64,000 nucleotides of DNA from the IMG/VR virus record IMGVR_UViG_3300029305_003176; one strand, written 5' to 3'. Both the position numbers and the translations under genes were made by a program. The notes below the pieces were generated by a model. The model was not told where the DNA came from. It ran no database searches and saw nothing but the letters and a program-made list of their open reading frames with translations. This document shows positions 1 to 10,776 of the stretch, piece by piece; position 1 is the first letter of the stretch, and the number at the start of each line of letters is the position of its first letter. The stretch comes from a virus.

Positions 1-406
1 ATACCCCTTCATTATAATCACTATTCAAATTCTTCTTCTGTTTGTTTCTTTTAGAAACATATTTCACGGTTTCATCTACTTCTTCAATATTTTCATTTTC
101 TTCAGTAATTTCAACTTTTTCAATAACTTCAGCTTTTATTTCTACATCTGTCAATTCATTGACTGCTTTTAAAATCTCTTTGTGTAATTTATCTTTATAA
201 GATAAATCGCATTTATTTAATCTTTCAATTGCTTCATCTTTATCAAGAGTATTTGCTAAATAATCTGAAGTAATAGTAAATAAATCTTTACAGTTTTCGT
301 TGTGGAATATAGCCATCCAAGTAGGAAGGTTATAGAACGCCTCACAACTATTGCAATATGTGTATTTTTCGCCACATACTATACAGGTTTTATTATTCTT
401 TTTCAT
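1..406 (-). CDS. Hypothetical protein with N-terminal Cys cluster (partial, runs off window)
   Basis: ATG at 406 after GGAGG; MKKNNKTCIVCGEKYTYCNSC... stays open to position 1, so it is absent from the ORF track. Confidence 0.75.
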   Translation of the reverse strand, partial: MKKNNKTCIVCGEKYTYCNSCEAFYNLPTWMAIFHNENCKDLFTITSDYLANTLDKDEAIERLNKCDLSYKDKLHKEILKAVNELTDVEIKAEVIEKVEITEENENIEEVDETVKYVSKRNKQKKNLNSDYNEGV

Positions 407-467
407 ATTAATCCTCCGTAATTAAAATAGTGGGAGAGGATAGACCTCTCCCTAAAACTATTTATAA

Positions 468-1253
468 TTATTCTTCTTCATCATCTTCTGCTAAATAGAT
501 AGAATATAATTCCTTATCAGCAGAACAGTAGTTAACTTGGAGTGTACCTGAGTATTCAAGTGTACTCTCTGTGTCTAAGCTAATAGATACTTCTGGAGAT
601 ACTTGGAATGAAGGTAATACAATGTAGCAAGCTCTTAATGTGTCAGCGCTACATGGATCAACGCAAAGAGCCTTTAATGTTAACTTAACTGTACCTGGGA
701 ACTTGTCAGCTCTGTTCTTAATAGCAACACCTGACTTAACATTTCTTGTATACTTAACAATATACTGTGTTTCGTTAGCATCTGTTGGTGGTGTAAGAAC
801 CTTTGTACTTGCTGCATAACCGAATTCTGTATCAGAAGCAGTTGTAGCTTGTGCATAAGCTGTACCCATAGCACCGTTTGTACCTAATGCGTTAACAACG
901 ATTGTACCATCAACAGCATCTGTTAATGTAACTGTTGTGCCAGCCTTTACTGTGATAATCTTTGGCATAGCAATAGCAGCACTATCACTAGCTGTCAACT
1001 TACCTTCGCCAGAAGCAGCACCAAGAATGTTTAAGTTTAACATAGCGTTTTGAGCTGAAAATTCACCAGACTTACCTTGGTAGAATCTCTTAATAAGTGT
1101 ACCTGTAGCGTCAGTAGCATCTTTTGATTCTGCTGTTACATCAATTGTAGCTTCTGAAAGCTGTGTTAATGTATAAAGTAAGTTGCCATCAAAGTCTTCG
1201 GCTACACCATATTGGATTCTGTCGATAATAATATCATCTAATTTGAATGCCAT
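468..1253 (-). CDS. Major tail (tube) protein
   Basis: 261 aa, Ala/Thr-rich, strongly biased codons, position after neck genes, flanked by hairpins. Confidence 0.75.
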   Translation of the reverse strand: MAFKLDDIIIDRIQYGVAEDFDGNLLYTLTQLSEATIDVTAESKDATDATGTLIKRFYQGKSGEFSAQNAMLNLNILGAASGEGKLTASDSAAIAMPKIITVKAGTTVTLTDAVDGTIVVNALGTNGAMGTAYAQATTASDTEFGYAASTKVLTPPTDANETQYIVKYTRNVKSGVAIKNRADKFPGTVKLTLKALCVDPCSADTLRACYIVLPSFQVSPEVSISLDTESTLEYSGTLQVNYCSADKELYSIYLAEDDEEE

Positions 1254-1315
1254 ATTTAATTTCCTCCTTAAAAATTGATATAAAAAAATAGAGAGAATAA
1301 ATCTCTCTGAGTTAC

Positions 1316-2086
1316 TTAGTCTATATCTCTCATAAAATTGAATAAATTCTTATCAACTTTAGAGAGGTCACACATACCAGAATACATACCTGAATTTAAA
1401 GCTACAGTACTTTCGTATATCTGTAATCTCTGAACGCTGTCCATAAATTGAACAATGCCAATTTCTCGCAATTCATTTAATTTGTATTTAAATCCTGGAT
1501 GGTTGATGCATGATGATACAAGAGGCAACAACATTGATTTATATTGATTTTGTTCTTTAGAGCTAAGTTCCAATTTCATTCTTTCTTCATCAATAATTGC
1601 TTCCTTTGTACCTTTTCCTTTAGCCTTTTCGACTTTAGGGTGTATATTAAACATTAGGCGAAGATATTCTGCTAAACATTTGTAATCTTCTTCTGTTATT
1701 TCAATGTTGTGTTGCTGGCTATACAAAGTTATAACTTCTCCGTCTTCGACCTTTTTCTTGTAAGCATTAAAAGAACCGAAGTCAACATCTCCAAATAGAA
1801 GAGAAGTGATTTCGGTTTTATTTGCACCCTGTATTAACATACAAAAAAATTCATAGTCAGTAATTTTATTCCAATCAACTCCTGCGTCCCAGAGTTGTAA
1901 TCTGTAAGAAGTAGGGTTAGTAATAAATACATTCAATGTGGAATAAAAGTCTTTTTCGCCAACATTTAGAATATCGCCTATTGTTGGTTGTAAAATTGTT
2001 ATTTCTCCAATTTCACATTGACGAGTATAAGGCTCGCCAAAATACATTTTTAATCTATCAAATTCAAATTTTGGTGAATTTGTCAT
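1316..2086 (-). CDS. Conserved virion morphogenesis protein (tail completion/chaperone region)
   Basis: 256 aa between putative tail terminator and major tail; synteny with SPbeta-like phages. Confidence 0.5.
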   Translation of the reverse strand: MTNSPKFEFDRLKMYFGEPYTRQCEIGEITILQPTIGDILNVGEKDFYSTLNVFITNPTSYRLQLWDAGVDWNKITDYEFFCMLIQGANKTEITSLLFGDVDFGSFNAYKKKVEDGEVITLYSQQHNIEITEEDYKCLAEYLRLMFNIHPKVEKAKGKGTKEAIIDEERMKLELSSKEQNQYKSMLLPLVSSCINHPGFKYKLNELREIGIVQFMDSVQRLQIYESTVALNSGMYSGMCDLSKVDKNLFNFMRDID

Positions 2087-2675
2087 AAGACTTTCTCACC
2101 CCGCCCCCCAAATTATTAGGTGCTTCTATTTTGAATTTAAGAGTTCTTGCATAATATTTTGTATCAATAATATCATTAAAATCATTAACACACTTGAGTT
2201 GCATACCCAAAACATTAGTCCAACATAATAAATCTTTTACTATGTAATCTAACAAATCGGTTCTTACAATCCCGTATTCCGTATCTGTATCATCTTCGTG
2301 TACTAAACACATAACAATAAGATACTGATTTTTAATGACATTGTTTGTGTAAGAAACATCACTATCATCAATATCAAACATAACAAAATTCAATACTTCC
2401 TTCTGAAGACCATTCAGTTTAAGGAATGGCACAATCTGTCTGTGTTGAATCTTTTCATTATATTCTTCAATTTCTTGACGGAGTTTCAGCTCTTCTTCGG
2501 TTGGATTAGCAGGATCAATGAACTTGTTTAGCGGTCTCTTTGGCTTTTGACCAAGAATTTCAATTAAGTCTTCATCTTCCTCGAACATCTTCTTAATTTT
2601 ATCTTTCTTCCAAATAATATCAGAAGTTTCATTTTTCTTTTCAAAATCCCTAATTTCATCTAAGTTTCGTTTCAT
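2064..2675 (-). CDS. Putative tail terminator/neck protein
   Basis: RTDLLDYIVKDLL...YYARTLKF pattern typical of tail-completion proteins; position. Confidence 0.5.
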   Translation of the reverse strand: MKRNLDEIRDFEKKNETSDIIWKKDKIKKMFEEDEDLIEILGQKPKRPLNKFIDPANPTEEELKLRQEIEEYNEKIQHRQIVPFLKLNGLQKEVLNFVMFDIDDSDVSYTNNVIKNQYLIVMCLVHEDDTDTEYGIVRTDLLDYIVKDLLCWTNVLGMQLKCVNDFNDIIDTKYYARTLKFKIEAPNNLGGGVRKSYDKFTKI

Positions 2676-3859
2676 TATTCAGCCACCTCCAATTCAATAG
2701 AAGAGTGGTATTCTCCGGCAGAATTGCTAACCGATAAAACAAATTTCTTTCCTTTAAGACTAGAGGCCTTAGCAGGTTTAACAGCAAGAGTAGAAGAGTC
2801 GAATTTGGTTAACTTCATTAAACCAATATAATATTCTTTTTCTTCATCTGTTAATGTTCCGTCTGCTGGAGTAATTCTCCATTGAGGGTATATACCGCTA
2901 TCAGAAAATTCAACTTCATAATAATAGGTTTGCCCTATCTGTAATGTAGTTTCTATTCCTTGTTCAAGCTCTCCGTTTTCGTTAACAATCATCCATTTAA
3001 TTTCAGAAGTTTTTGTTATATCTGGTGTTTCGTTTATTGGTTCGCTTATAGTAATATCTCCCTCATCTGTGTAATAATCACATATATGAAGTTCTGTATT
3101 ATCTCGTTTTTCATTTAGTTCATCTTGCTTAATTGAAAGCTTGATAATGCCTTGTGAATTAAGGTCGGTAATTTTTGTTACCTGATAAATTTTTGGATCT
3201 ATATCATTATTGCTAAAGAAAAATCTCTGTAGATGCATAATAGTTCTAGTGTCACACATACCTAATTCTTCAAGTTTGTCACCGTATACGTGAAACGTAT
3301 CTGGTAACCATGAACTTGTAAGATTATCTCCAGACTGACTCAGCTCGTCACGCCAAATGCCGGAAGTATAGGATTGCGCCGACTTGCTACAAGCCCAACA
3401 ACTCATTAATTTGCCTTTATAAATCCACTTGAAGTCCCAATCACATTTAAGTATCATATATCTAACATAAGCATTTGCTTCGTCTCGACCTACAATAATC
3501 CACCATTGAGTTCTGTTCTCTATCGGTTGTGTAAAAGGATTTGCCTTTTCTTCTTCTGATAAGTTAATATCAAAATCAGTATCATCCGGAACAATAACAT
3601 AACTACCAACTGGATAGTGCACCTTTGGTCTAAACTGTAAATAATAGTCTACAGCGTCTTTTGAGATAGAAGGAGCAGAGTGAAACTGATATTTTGCATC
3701 TTCCCATTTCCAACCTTCTTTTGTTAGAATATAAACCTTTTTATATGTAGGGTCTAATGTAAATGTGTTATTCATAATCACATCAGATTGAGTTCTTTTA
3801 ACTTGACCGAGAGTGTTACCACGAGACAACAAATAGTTTTTATAAGAGGTCATATTCAT
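2675..3859 (-). CDS. Putative head-closure/neck protein
   Basis: Start adjusted to ATG 3859 after GGAGG; position in head-tail module. Confidence 0.5.
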   Translation of the reverse strand: MNMTSYKNYLLSRGNTLGQVKRTQSDVIMNNTFTLDPTYKKVYILTKEGWKWEDAKYQFHSAPSISKDAVDYYLQFRPKVHYPVGSYVIVPDDTDFDINLSEEEKANPFTQPIENRTQWWIIVGRDEANAYVRYMILKCDWDFKWIYKGKLMSCWACSKSAQSYTSGIWRDELSQSGDNLTSSWLPDTFHVYGDKLEELGMCDTRTIMHLQRFFFSNNDIDPKIYQVTKITDLNSQGIIKLSIKQDELNEKRDNTELHICDYYTDEGDITISEPINETPDITKTSEIKWMIVNENGELEQGIETTLQIGQTYYYEVEFSDSGIYPQWRITPADGTLTDEEKEYYIGLMKLTKFDSSTLAVKPAKASSLKGKKFVLSVSNSAGEYHSSIELEVAE

Positions 3860-3863
3860 AATA

Positions 3864-4190
3864 TCAACCTCCAATCTTATCTATTAAAGAATGTGCATCT
3901 AACACAAGTTTCCTATAAGCCTTATAGTCGAAATCTACTTTTTTCGATTCAATCAATGCGGCTTCGAGTAAGCTCATAATCGCAATAATCTCAGTAGGGT
4001 AGAAGAGTAATTCATTTAATCCATCAATCTTTCTCATCAAGCCATCAAAATATTTATTAAAATCTACATTGAGATATTCATCTTTTGTTTTTGGGTCTTT
4101 ATATAATAAGAGCCAAAATAATTCCTTGTGTAACTTAACCTTATAGTTCTCCATTTGTCCGTCATCAAAATGTCCATAAATATTCTGCAT
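3864..4190 (-). CDS. Hypothetical morphogenesis protein
   Basis: 108 aa, tightly coupled in the operon. Confidence 0.6.
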   Translation of the reverse strand: MQNIYGHFDDGQMENYKVKLHKELFWLLLYKDPKTKDEYLNVDFNKYFDGLMRKIDGLNELLFYPTEIIAIMSLLEAALIESKKVDFDYKAYRKLVLDAHSLIDKIGG

Positions 4191-4192
4191 GA

Positions 4193-4654
4193 TTATTCAC
4201 CATCCAGATATGAGTTCCATGCGTAGCCTCTGTCAGCTATCATACGTCTCTGTTTCCTTTGACAATTATTTAATAAATTCTGAAGTTCTGATAAGTGCTG
4301 ACTTTGACTAAAAAATCGTTCATCCTTAGAACCAAACATCTGAGCAATATTATTAATGCTATTAATTTTAGGTTCTAACCAAGCCACTACGACACCAAGA
4401 GTTAATACTTCTGTGATAAACTCTGTATCAGAAAAATCGTCTACAGAATACTTCATCTCATAAGAAATTTCTTGTATCTCATCATCCAAACTAAAAGTTT
4501 TAAATAATCTACGAACATATGGATTAGCAGAAGCAGAATGAATCCAGTTACACAAGAAATCATTCAATTCTTCTTCTGGCAATTCTATAAAGTCATATGC
4601 CTCAATTTTACTAAAGAGGCGAGAATAAATTTTGTTATAATCTAAAGAGGTCAT
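4193..4654 (-). CDS. Head-tail adaptor (connector) protein
   Basis: 153 aa predicted helical, WLEPKIN...FFSQSQHL motif, two genes after capsid. Confidence 0.6.
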   Translation of the reverse strand: MTSLDYNKIYSRLFSKIEAYDFIELPEEELNDFLCNWIHSASANPYVRRLFKTFSLDDEIQEISYEMKYSVDDFSDTEFITEVLTLGVVVAWLEPKINSINNIAQMFGSKDERFFSQSQHLSELQNLLNNCQRKQRRMIADRGYAWNSYLDGE

Positions 4655-4671
4655 AATTTACCTCCTCATTG

Positions 4672-5271
4672 TTAGTATAAATTAGTTGTAATCAAGAAGT
4701 TTGTACCATAAAACTCATCAAGTGCTTTAATCTTCTTTACAGAATCTAAAGTACCATTGAGAACCATCTTGCCTACAATGTTCTTAAGATTGCTTTTAGA
4801 ACCATCAGGGAGCTTGCTAATTTTATTCATCATAGCATCAACCGGTAAAGCCAAAATCTCTTTAAGGTCTCTAGTTGAATACATAGAATCATAAATCTTT
4901 TGAACCTTTGGGAACTCTGCAAGAAAATCTTCATCCTCAATAATAAAATGAGGTGCAGTAACATAAGAAGTATTAGAACGCACAGAAGATACTAAATCTC
5001 TGTACTCAACACCTTGAACATCTCCATTATCAGACCACTTGTAATGATTATGTGACTGAATACCGGACATAACGAGTATACCGTCTACTATTGAACGGCA
5101 CATAACTTCTTCCATTGGTTCAAATTTCTTTTTCTCTTTTACAACTACCTTTTCAGTTACTACTGGTTCAACTGTCTCTACAGTTTCAACTGCTTCTTCA
5201 ATTACATCTACAATCTCTGTAACTTGTTCAGTCTTTGGGGTTGTAGTTTTCTTTGTCATTGTTTTTGCCAT
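4672..5271 (-). CDS. Hypothetical protein immediately after capsid gene
   Basis: 199 aa, low-complexity Glu/Val/Thr N-terminus; RBS AGGAGA. Confidence 0.6.
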   Translation of the reverse strand: MAKTMTKKTTTPKTEQVTEIVDVIEEAVETVETVEPVVTEKVVVKEKKKFEPMEEVMCRSIVDGILVMSGIQSHNHYKWSDNGDVQGVEYRDLVSSVRSNTSYVTAPHFIIEDEDFLAEFPKVQKIYDSMYSTRDLKEILALPVDAMMNKISKLPDGSKSNLKNIVGKMVLNGTLDSVKKIKALDEFYGTNFLITTNLY

Positions 5272-5298
5272 TGTTTATTTTCTCCTTTTAATCTCAAT

Positions 5299-5324
5299 AA
5301 GAGAGGGCGTTTAAACCCTCTCTT
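5299..5324 (-). terminator. Intrinsic terminator after major capsid gene
   Basis: AAGAGAGGG-loop-CCCTCTCTT hairpin. Confidence 0.55.
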
Positions 5325-5353
5325 AAATGTTTAATTATTAATTGTTAAGAGGC

Positions 5354-6047
5354 TTAAAATGTCCACTGTCCGAAGTATCTACCAATCTGTGTTACGATAC
5401 CAAAACCTCTCTGTACTTCGTATACCTGTGTATCATCCATACGAACAGCCTTTTCACCTACGCCAACTTCATTGATTTCTGTTTCACCTTCATCAACAAG
5501 CTTAACGAACTTATCCTCAATAGCAGGCATAATAAGTAACTTACCAGATGTGATAAGTCTCTTTTGTTCATCTGGAAGATCAACAAAACCTACTGCAAAT
5601 CTCTGTGGGATTTCAATAAGGTCTGTACCTTCATAAGAACCTAATCTACCGTGAGCCATCATATCCTTCTTAGAATCATTGTCAGCCCAAGTAACATCAG
5701 CTAAAGCATTAAGCTTCTTAAGAGCTGTGTTTGTACCCATAATATAAACAGGGCAGTTACCATTAGCTGTTGAAACGTCTTCGATTAACTGATCAAAATC
5801 TTCCTTAGCTGCTGCATCAAGAGCACCTGTACCCTGGAACATAGATGGAAGAGTAGCACCAGCATTGATTACTGTTGCATAGCAGTCATTCTTAATCTTT
5901 CTTACGAAAGCATCTGCTGTCTGCTGAACGAACTTATTCCAATCAAGTCTACCAGCAAGGTATAAAGAAACGTCAGCACCTACTGCAATTCCATACTTAG
6001 AAATTGTAGCAGATGTGCTTTCGCCAGCACCCAATCTCTGTACTGTA
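5354..6047 (-). CDS. Major capsid protein, exon 2
   Basis: Joins exon 1 as ...GDHHDF|TVQRLGAGES...; 428+694 nt = 374 codons including stop (373 aa). Confidence 0.88.
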
Positions 6048-6060
6048 CTTTTTGTTTAAC

Positions 6061-6777
6061 TTATATATTATTTTCCAATAAAAATTTCCAATGATAGCCA
6101 CCACAAGTTTTACGATTACCATAGCAGACTTGTAGAATTGTAGAACCATGTAAAGATAATTCTTTTCCGGCTTCAGTCGCATTAGTAAAAGCCTTATCCA
6201 ATTCTATATTGTATACCGGTATCATATTTTGTTTAGGGGATGGCTTGCCCTTTTTCATTTTACTCATTTTCTTTCTGGTTTCCTCTGTATGGTGTTTACC
6301 ATACATGCCATTATTCTCACCAAGAATTTTTGCTTTGATTTCTGGATTAGCCCATTGTTTCAAAGCATTATCTCTACTTTGTTGTCTTAAATCTTCGCTT
6401 TCTGCATATGCTCGTTTTAATGCGTTACTTATCTTGTTACGAACATATTCTGAAGCACACACACCATTATCTTGACCACCTGTTTTCAAATTGTAACCAC
6501 AATCTCTATTAAGAGTGTTATGTAAGTCAATGTAATATCTTTCTTTATCATCTAACTCATCAACATCACAATATTCTAAAACATAAAACTTGAAATTTTC
6601 CGAACCATTTTTATTCCAAGATTTTTGAAGATAGTCATTATCATGTACTCCACGATTTAATTCACCTTTATGTTTACGCCATCTGTCATCTATATTTTTT
6701 GATTGACCAATATATTTTTTATTATTAATCATATTTTCAATGCAATAAATGCCAGATGCAATATTACCATTCTGCAT
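6061..6777 (-). CDS. Intron-encoded GIY-YIG homing endonuclease (NUMOD3/NUMOD1 C-terminus)
   Basis: SGIYCIEN...KKYIGQS; NGMYGKHHTEETRKKMS; lies downstream of the intron S element (P9 region). Confidence 0.9.
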   Translation of the reverse strand: MQNGNIASGIYCIENMINNKKYIGQSKNIDDRWRKHKGELNRGVHDNDYLQKSWNKNGSENFKFYVLEYCDVDELDDKERYYIDLHNTLNRDCGYNLKTGGQDNGVCASEYVRNKISNALKRAYAESEDLRQQSRDNALKQWANPEIKAKILGENNGMYGKHHTEETRKKMSKMKKGKPSPKQNMIPVYNIELDKAFTNATEAGKELSLHGSTILQVCYGNRKTCGGYHWKFLLENNI

Positions 6778-6994
6778 TTACTCATCTCGTTTCTTTTGTA
6801 TATTTTGGAAAATAATATTTTATAGGGACGTTACTCCCTGTTGAGTCATAAAACTCCTCATGTTTTCACATGAGAACAGACTATATCTTCATCCTAAATA
6901 GGATGTGCACCATTTCCATTTAAGGGATTCTCACCCACTCACTTGAGCCGTACTCCTATTGTGAATTTCTCCACCATTGGGATAATTATTGAAT

Positions 6995-7663
6995 TTATAA
7001 TTGATAATATTCATAGAAGAAAGAAAACTTTTCTTTCATAGAAGGTATTAAATCAATATACGGTTTCATTAACGAAAATAACTTTAAAGATTCATCGCTA
7101 TTAAAACGTATATAGTAATATTTTTTTTCACGTTTCGTTTCACTAACCAATTTTGCATCTATTAAATATCTTTTTTTAAACCAATCAATAATGTCTAAAT
7201 TCTCTTCTTTAGAAAAGCAATGTGTACATAATTTAAGTGTAGGTTTAAGATAATAAACGCTTCCGTCTTTATGTTTCTTTTTTCTTTTAAAAACAGAACC
7301 GTCATCCATAAACCATATTGCAACACTTCTGTCAGAGTGCATATTATGTAATATTTGTTTTAATCTTTGATTTTCAGAATAATAAACATCATAAATTTCT
7401 TTTAGCGATTTATTGACTTTTCTTGTATAATATTGCAAATATTGTTTATTATATTGTTTTAGAGTTATTAGTTTTGTTTTTATTTGTAATGGCTTTTCAA
7501 ATATATTGCTATCATTTAACAATTTAACTTTCCATTCCAAATAATCAATTTGGGTTTCTCCATGTCCAATGTATATTTCATAACTATTATTTGCCTTATA
7601 AATACTTCCATCGCCTAAAATCATACCGAATAATAAATCTTTATTTTTTTTCTTTAAATCCAT
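6995..7663 (-). CDS. Intron-encoded LAGLIDADG homing endonuclease
   Basis: LLFGMILGDGSI and AIWFMDDGS motifs; between intron R and S elements. Confidence 0.9.
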   Translation of the reverse strand: MDLKKKNKDLLFGMILGDGSIYKANNSYEIYIGHGETQIDYLEWKVKLLNDSNIFEKPLQIKTKLITLKQYNKQYLQYYTRKVNKSLKEIYDVYYSENQRLKQILHNMHSDRSVAIWFMDDGSVFKRKKKHKDGSVYYLKPTLKLCTHCFSKEENLDIIDWFKKRYLIDAKLVSETKREKKYYYIRFNSDESLKLFSLMKPYIDLIPSMKEKFSFFYEYYQL

Positions 7664-7948
7664 TATAAATTCCTTTCTTTTGTCCTATACAAGACATACT
7701 ATTTTATTAATAATTATCTTCTCAGATAGTCGTTGAGCTTTACCTTTCGGTCTTAGCTGCTGATTGCCCATTAAAAAAGAACAGGGGTTTTAACCTCGTT
7801 CTCATACAATAAATTTTTTCTGCTTTCGCCACATTCACGCCTATACCATTTAAGGTATTACGTTGTAGTTTTACTGTCTTTAGGGTTTTCCAGCAATTAA
7901 ATGCATATTTTAACATACAGCTTACGCTATACGGACTCTACTAAATTA

Positions 7949-8376
7949 AAGTCATGATGATCTCCAGCTACCTTAACTACAGATAAAAGAACGTCTTCGT
8001 CTGTCCAGAATTCGTTTCTGTCACCTCTCTTAAGGTTTTTGTTATCTACATACTTGTCGAACCACTCATCAGCCTTGAATCCTTCCTCAACTGCAAGGTC
8101 GATTTCGTCTTCAATAACCTCGAATAATTCATTACCATACTTCTTAAGAGCACGGTTAATATCTCTCTTTGTAGGATTTTCGCCTAAACCAAGAATTTGT
8201 CTAGCATATGTAAGAATTGTATTCTCAGCCTGCTTCTTTGTAATTTCATTTCCTTCAGCATCAAACATCTTAACGCCTTCTCTTAAATCCTGACGAAGAT
8301 TCTTGAAACCTTCATAATTTTCCTCAGAACCAAAAATGCCCTGAACTCTATCATTTAAATTTGCAAATAATAACAT
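7949..8376 (-). CDS. Major capsid protein, exon 1
   Basis: Follows protease and decoration genes; ends ...VAGDHHD-TT at the 5' splice site. Confidence 0.88.
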
Positions 8377-8403
8377 ATTATTCTATTCCTCCTTTCCTTA
8401 TAA

Positions 8404-8868
8404 TTAAGCCACTACTAACTTCTTATCAGCTACAGAAACTGTCTTACCAGCTTCAGGTGTACCATCAAAACCTTCAGCAGAAAGTTCGAAAACATCGCCT
8501 ACAGCTAACTCATAACCTCTAACTGTTTCGCCTGCTGCATTGTAAAATCTCTTCTCATTCTTGAATGAATTTGTATAATCTTCCGCAATAAATGCTGGCA
8601 TATAAACATAGAGAGCGTCACCTGGATCTGTTACCTCTACATACCAGTTTCCATTTGCTGCCTTCTTCTGAATTACACCTTCAAATGTAGTAGCTGTGTC
8701 TTCTTCATACAAATCAAGATCAATAAAATCTCCCTTCTTAACAAGGGCACCGTTGTCTGCGTCTGTAACTAATTCAATGTTATAAATGTGCTTACCGCCA
8801 TTCTGAGCCAAAAGCTTAGAAGGATAGCTGATAGCATGTGTTGCATCATAATTAATTTTTGTTGCCAT
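8404..8868 (-). CDS. Capsid decoration/cement protein
   Basis: 154 aa between protease and capsid; FYNAAGETVRGYELAVGDVFELSAEGF motif. Confidence 0.6.
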   Translation of the reverse strand: MATKINYDATHAISYPSKLLAQNGGKHIYNIELVTDADNGALVKKGDFIDLDLYEEDTATTFEGVIQKKAANGNWYVEVTDPGDALYVYMPAFIAEDYTNSFKNEKRFYNAAGETVRGYELAVGDVFELSAEGFDGTPEAGKTVSVADKKLVVA

Positions 8869-8965
8869 TTTTTCGTTCTCCTTTCAAAATTTGTGCATAA
8901 AAATAACGCTCAATTATGAGCGTCTGCTAATTGCTTATTTAATTAAAATCATAAGATTTAATTAC

Positions 8966-10642
8966 TTAGTTAAATTTTAGTGAGCCATAGCGACTTTTTT
9001 TATTTGCGTTAGTCTGAATAGGTAATCTAGTCGTACTAACTTTCTTTTTCTCCGGTTCAGCAGAGAAGTTAAGGCTGCCACCTTTTGCATAAGCCAATAA
9101 GATTTCATCAGCCTTTGCAGAAACTTCTTCAACAGATAAATCAAAGTGATTATCTCTTAATTCTGCGAATTCTTTAGTTTCAGCAATCTTTGCATAAGAC
9201 TCAGAATTAATAACTTCCATCTTAGCAGGTTCTGCTTCGTACTTAGCAAGTTTTTCAGAGATAGCAGAGTAGTTAGCTCTCATATCATCAAGTGCTTTAC
9301 GCTCATCCTCAGTTACGAAGATTGAATACACCTCAACTCTGTCACCAGAGAGTGTATATGAATCCTTCTTAACCTTATAGGACTGCTTGAAAGCTCTGCC
9401 AGACCAACAATCCTGCATGATTACATATTTCTCTTCATCAAATACATCAACATAATACCAAGTGCCATCGCTTTCGTATGTTTCATTTACAAGAGTTGAT
9501 ATAGCATTAATCTTTTCAGATAATGAAATAGAGAACTCTTTAATAGTTTCTCCATATGTTACAGAACACTTTAAAGAGTATTCTTCAGGAGTTGCTTCTC
9601 CTTCATCATTGTTATCTCCGTCATTATTATCTGTATCATCATTCTCGTCATCTGTCTTATCAGATTCATCAGCTCCTTCGCCACCTTCAGAAGCAGGTTC
9701 TGGGTCAGCACCTTCTCCATCAGTATCATCTTCTCTAAATACTTCGGCAAATTTTGCCTCAAGTTCTTCATCGGAAAGATTTTCATACTCGAAAGTAACA
9801 TCATCTACGGTTTTGCCGTATTTTGCAAGTAATTCTTCAAATTTATTCACCGATTCGTTTCCTCCTTCCTCTAGTTTTGAATTTATATTTGAAAAGCCAG
9901 AGAGAGTGGTGTTTAACTTCTCCAACACTTCAATCAATTTATTATTCTCAGAGAACATACTATTATTTTCTTTACTAAAGTCTGCCAGTTTAATATTTGA
10001 ACCACTCATGCCAGGGCGAACAATTTCACCCTCATCATTCTTACCCAAAATTGTAACTCCTGAGAAGAAGAAATCTTCAATATCAAGATACTTATTCTTG
10101 GCATCGTAACTTAATTCTCTGATTGAGAGTTCAACACTTACAGAGCATTCTTGTTCTCGTTCTAATATTTCAGCAGCCTTGCTATATTCTTCAAAAATAT
10201 AACCTTTGACTTCAACATATGTTTTATCCTTATCTTTATCATAGACAAGCTTTGCATCGCATGACTCAGGAATAACACCTATTGGTACTTCATCATATAC
10301 TACATTTCCATCATCATCTATATGCATATTGTGACCATAAAACTCAGGTTGTCCATCCACAATATGAATATATCCGAGAATTGGTCTATTACTGAAAGAA
10401 GGAAGTGCAGCAGTCATTACAGATTTCTTGATATTTGACCCATTAATATTTTCATCAATATGACAAGCCTGTAAATAAACTTCTCTTAGACCTTCTGTAT
10501 CTTTTTCGCTCTTCTTAAATTTGAGTTTTCCATTTATTTGAACCACAATATTCTCATTGTCTTCAGATGCACTAAAATGTGTTGACTTTTTAGTAGAAGA
10601 GTAGTAGTTATAAAGATCGTTTAATGTTAATAGTCTCTTCAT
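8966..10642 (-). CDS. Prohead protease/scaffold protein
   Basis: ACHIDENINGS, NRPILGYI, SVSVEL, FFFSGVTILG motifs; acidic scaffold-like C-terminal half. Confidence 0.8.
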   Translation of the reverse strand: MKRLLTLNDLYNYYSSTKKSTHFSASEDNENIVVQINGKLKFKKSEKDTEGLREVYLQACHIDENINGSNIKKSVMTAALPSFSNRPILGYIHIVDGQPEFYGHNMHIDDDGNVVYDEVPIGVIPESCDAKLVYDKDKDKTYVEVKGYIFEEYSKAAEILEREQECSVSVELSIRELSYDAKNKYLDIEDFFFSGVTILGKNDEGEIVRPGMSGSNIKLADFSKENNSMFSENNKLIEVLEKLNTTLSGFSNINSKLEEGGNESVNKFEELLAKYGKTVDDVTFEYENLSDEELEAKFAEVFREDDTDGEGADPEPASEGGEGADESDKTDDENDDTDNNDGDNNDEGEATPEEYSLKCSVTYGETIKEFSISLSEKINAISTLVNETYESDGTWYYVDVFDEEKYVIMQDCWSGRAFKQSYKVKKDSYTLSGDRVEVYSIFVTEDERKALDDMRANYSAISEKLAKYEAEPAKMEVINSESYAKIAETKEFAELRDNHFDLSVEEVSAKADEILLAYAKGGSLNFSAEPEKKKVSTTRLPIQTNANKKSRYGSLKFN

Positions 10643-10776
10643 CAGTTCCTCCTTTCCTCTAAAAATCTTTTTATATAATAGAAGAGTGAACTACCAAAGT
10701 AATCCACTCTTATTAAACATTAATATTTTATTGCCATTTCCTCGTTAGAAGGTTATACTGTTACCCATATTATTCA

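Larger units (their letters stand above)
6048..7948 (-). ncRNA. Group I intron in major capsid gene (1901 nt) carrying two homing endonuclease ORFs
   Basis: Exon GACUU pairs with IGS GAGUC with terminal U.G; core elements UGCUGGAAA (P), AAUCAGCAG (Q), GCUCAACGACUA (R), AAGAUAUAGUCU (S); terminal G at 6048; reading frame restored. Confidence 0.92.

Noticed and set aside
9462-10109. 215-aa + strand ORF and the other antisense or nested ORFs in the track
   Set aside because: Ser/Phe/Ile-rich shadows of real genes on the opposite strand, without RBS
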